Below are positions 62,810 through 64,000 of a stretch of DNA of 64,000 nt, piece by piece. The notes below the pieces were generated by a model. That model did not search any database and was not told the origin of the DNA. It saw only the letters and a list, made by a program, of their open reading frames with translations. The first letter of the stretch is position 1. Each line of letters opens with the position of its first letter. The DNA is from Octopus bimaculoides (taxonomy: Eukaryota): the NCBI RefSeq assembly GCF_001194135.2, contig NC_068987.1:11515438-11579437 (forward strand), read 5' to 3'. The position numbers were made by a program, and so were the translations under genes.

Positions 62810-63115
62810 AAAAAAAAGGCATTACATTTGACAGAGAAGTCTGAATGCTGAAGGGTTAAGCACACCAAAACTATTTCTGTTTCACACATTAACCCTTTAG
62901 AATTCAGTTTACTCTTTCAATTGTAGTACTTGTATCTATTCACATTGTTTTGAATTAATCCTGCATTATCTCATAGCTTTGAGACTCCAATGATGTGATT
63001 ATTAATTTTTAGACTGATATTGTAGGGTAGGTGTAAGAGGCTGGATCTGGCTGGTTTAAACATAAAGCCAATTGAATATTATGGACCAGATATGGCTAGT
63101 TTAAGAGCCGAAGAG
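62628..63115. mobile_element. Inverted pair of piggyBac-like MITEs (62628-62855 forward, 62893-63115 reverse)
   Basis: Both TTAA-flanked with CCCTTTAG-like ends; the second is the reverse complement of the first (roughly three-quarters identical by eye); spacer of about 30 nt. Confidence 0.8.
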
Positions 63116-64000
63116 TTAAGTTATAAGAAATCCACCATTTAAAATTGGATACTGCCTTGGCTTTAATTTTGTTGTCACTTAACTACAGACTTTCATTTAC
63201 TCATGTATGTATTTAGGTTAGTGTTTAGCAAACTATACTCCTGATTTAAAATCCCTTTTTACTATGTATAAAGTCCCCTTTTTTTTGTGTGTGCAATTTG
63301 GTTTGATTATAGTAACCTTATCAAGTTCATATTCTCATTTCAATTGCTGATCTTCACTGAAATGATTAAAACAAAATAGAGATTATTTGGTTATTTCAAA
63401 ATATTTTATTCAAACAAACCTCAATAATATTTATAAATTCTGAAATAATAATAATAATAAAAAAAAATGTATATAATTATTCTCTTCTCTAATTTTGAAA
63501 ATTATTAAGCACTTTAGAAATTTGAATTATGAGCAAATGAATTATGTTATTTACATTATCTGTTATACAACAGCAGTTAACTCTTGTCTTTCCACTTGTG
63601 TAGTGTATGTGTGAATGCATGTGGCCTAATGGTTAGGCTATTAAACTCCCATTAGTAAGGATGTGGGTTCAATTCCTAGACCAGGCCGTGCATTGCGTAT
63701 TTGGGCAAGTCTCTTCATTTCACATTGCTCCAGTTCACACCAACTGCTGAGTGGCGCCTTGTAGACTATGCTATTACCCAACAATTCTTGCAGATGCAAG
63801 ATGTCAGCAGCTCTTAATGGCTGCATCACCCTGGATGTAATGATGATTATTTACTCGTGTACATTATTTATACAGTACAGAGGGCAACAATAAATTGTTA
63901 AAATGAGCCAACCCTTCAATGTCTCATGTATTGTGTTGTTCTGTTGTTGATCTGTTTATTTAATTTCTTCTAGAATTGAATGAACCAAGACGGTTGAGGA

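Overview
AT-rich, microsatellite-dense animal genomic DNA from a gapped draft assembly; about 20 N-runs, most abutting repeats or microsatellites. The SINE/LINE repertoire points to a cephalopod, probably Octopus (inference). One protein-coding gene is firmly supported: a 4-exon, plus-strand MAP1LC3/Atg8-family (LC3-type) autophagy gene, CDS join(50464..50506,60379..60434,61288..61394,61987..62155), 124 aa, ending ...ASQETFG|QHI. The ORF track misses it because of introns. Most of the rest is interspersed repeat: two abundant tRNA-derived SINE families, RTE-clade LINE fragments (one with a PHD-like finger) with (GAT)n tails, Tc1/mariner relics (DD41D fold-back, IR/DR Tc1, mariner), hAT- and piggyBac-like MITEs, a Helentron-like element, Penelope-like remnants and a decayed 28S rRNA fragment. 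Most notable observations: (1) an apparently intact minimal type-I hammerhead ribozyme on the minus strand at 16062-16124, plus two degenerate relatives; (2) an out-of-frame uORF overlapping the LC3 start; (3) LC3 substitutions at the human T50 and R69 positions; (4) an inverted MITE pair downstream of the LC3 stop that could form dsRNA and supplies the first AATAAA signals; (5) a CpG-retaining domain at about 36.4-53 kb with a second promoter-like site near 39.7 kb, suggesting an unidentified divergent minus-strand gene. All coordinates, counts and alignments were read by eye; no searches or folding programs were run.
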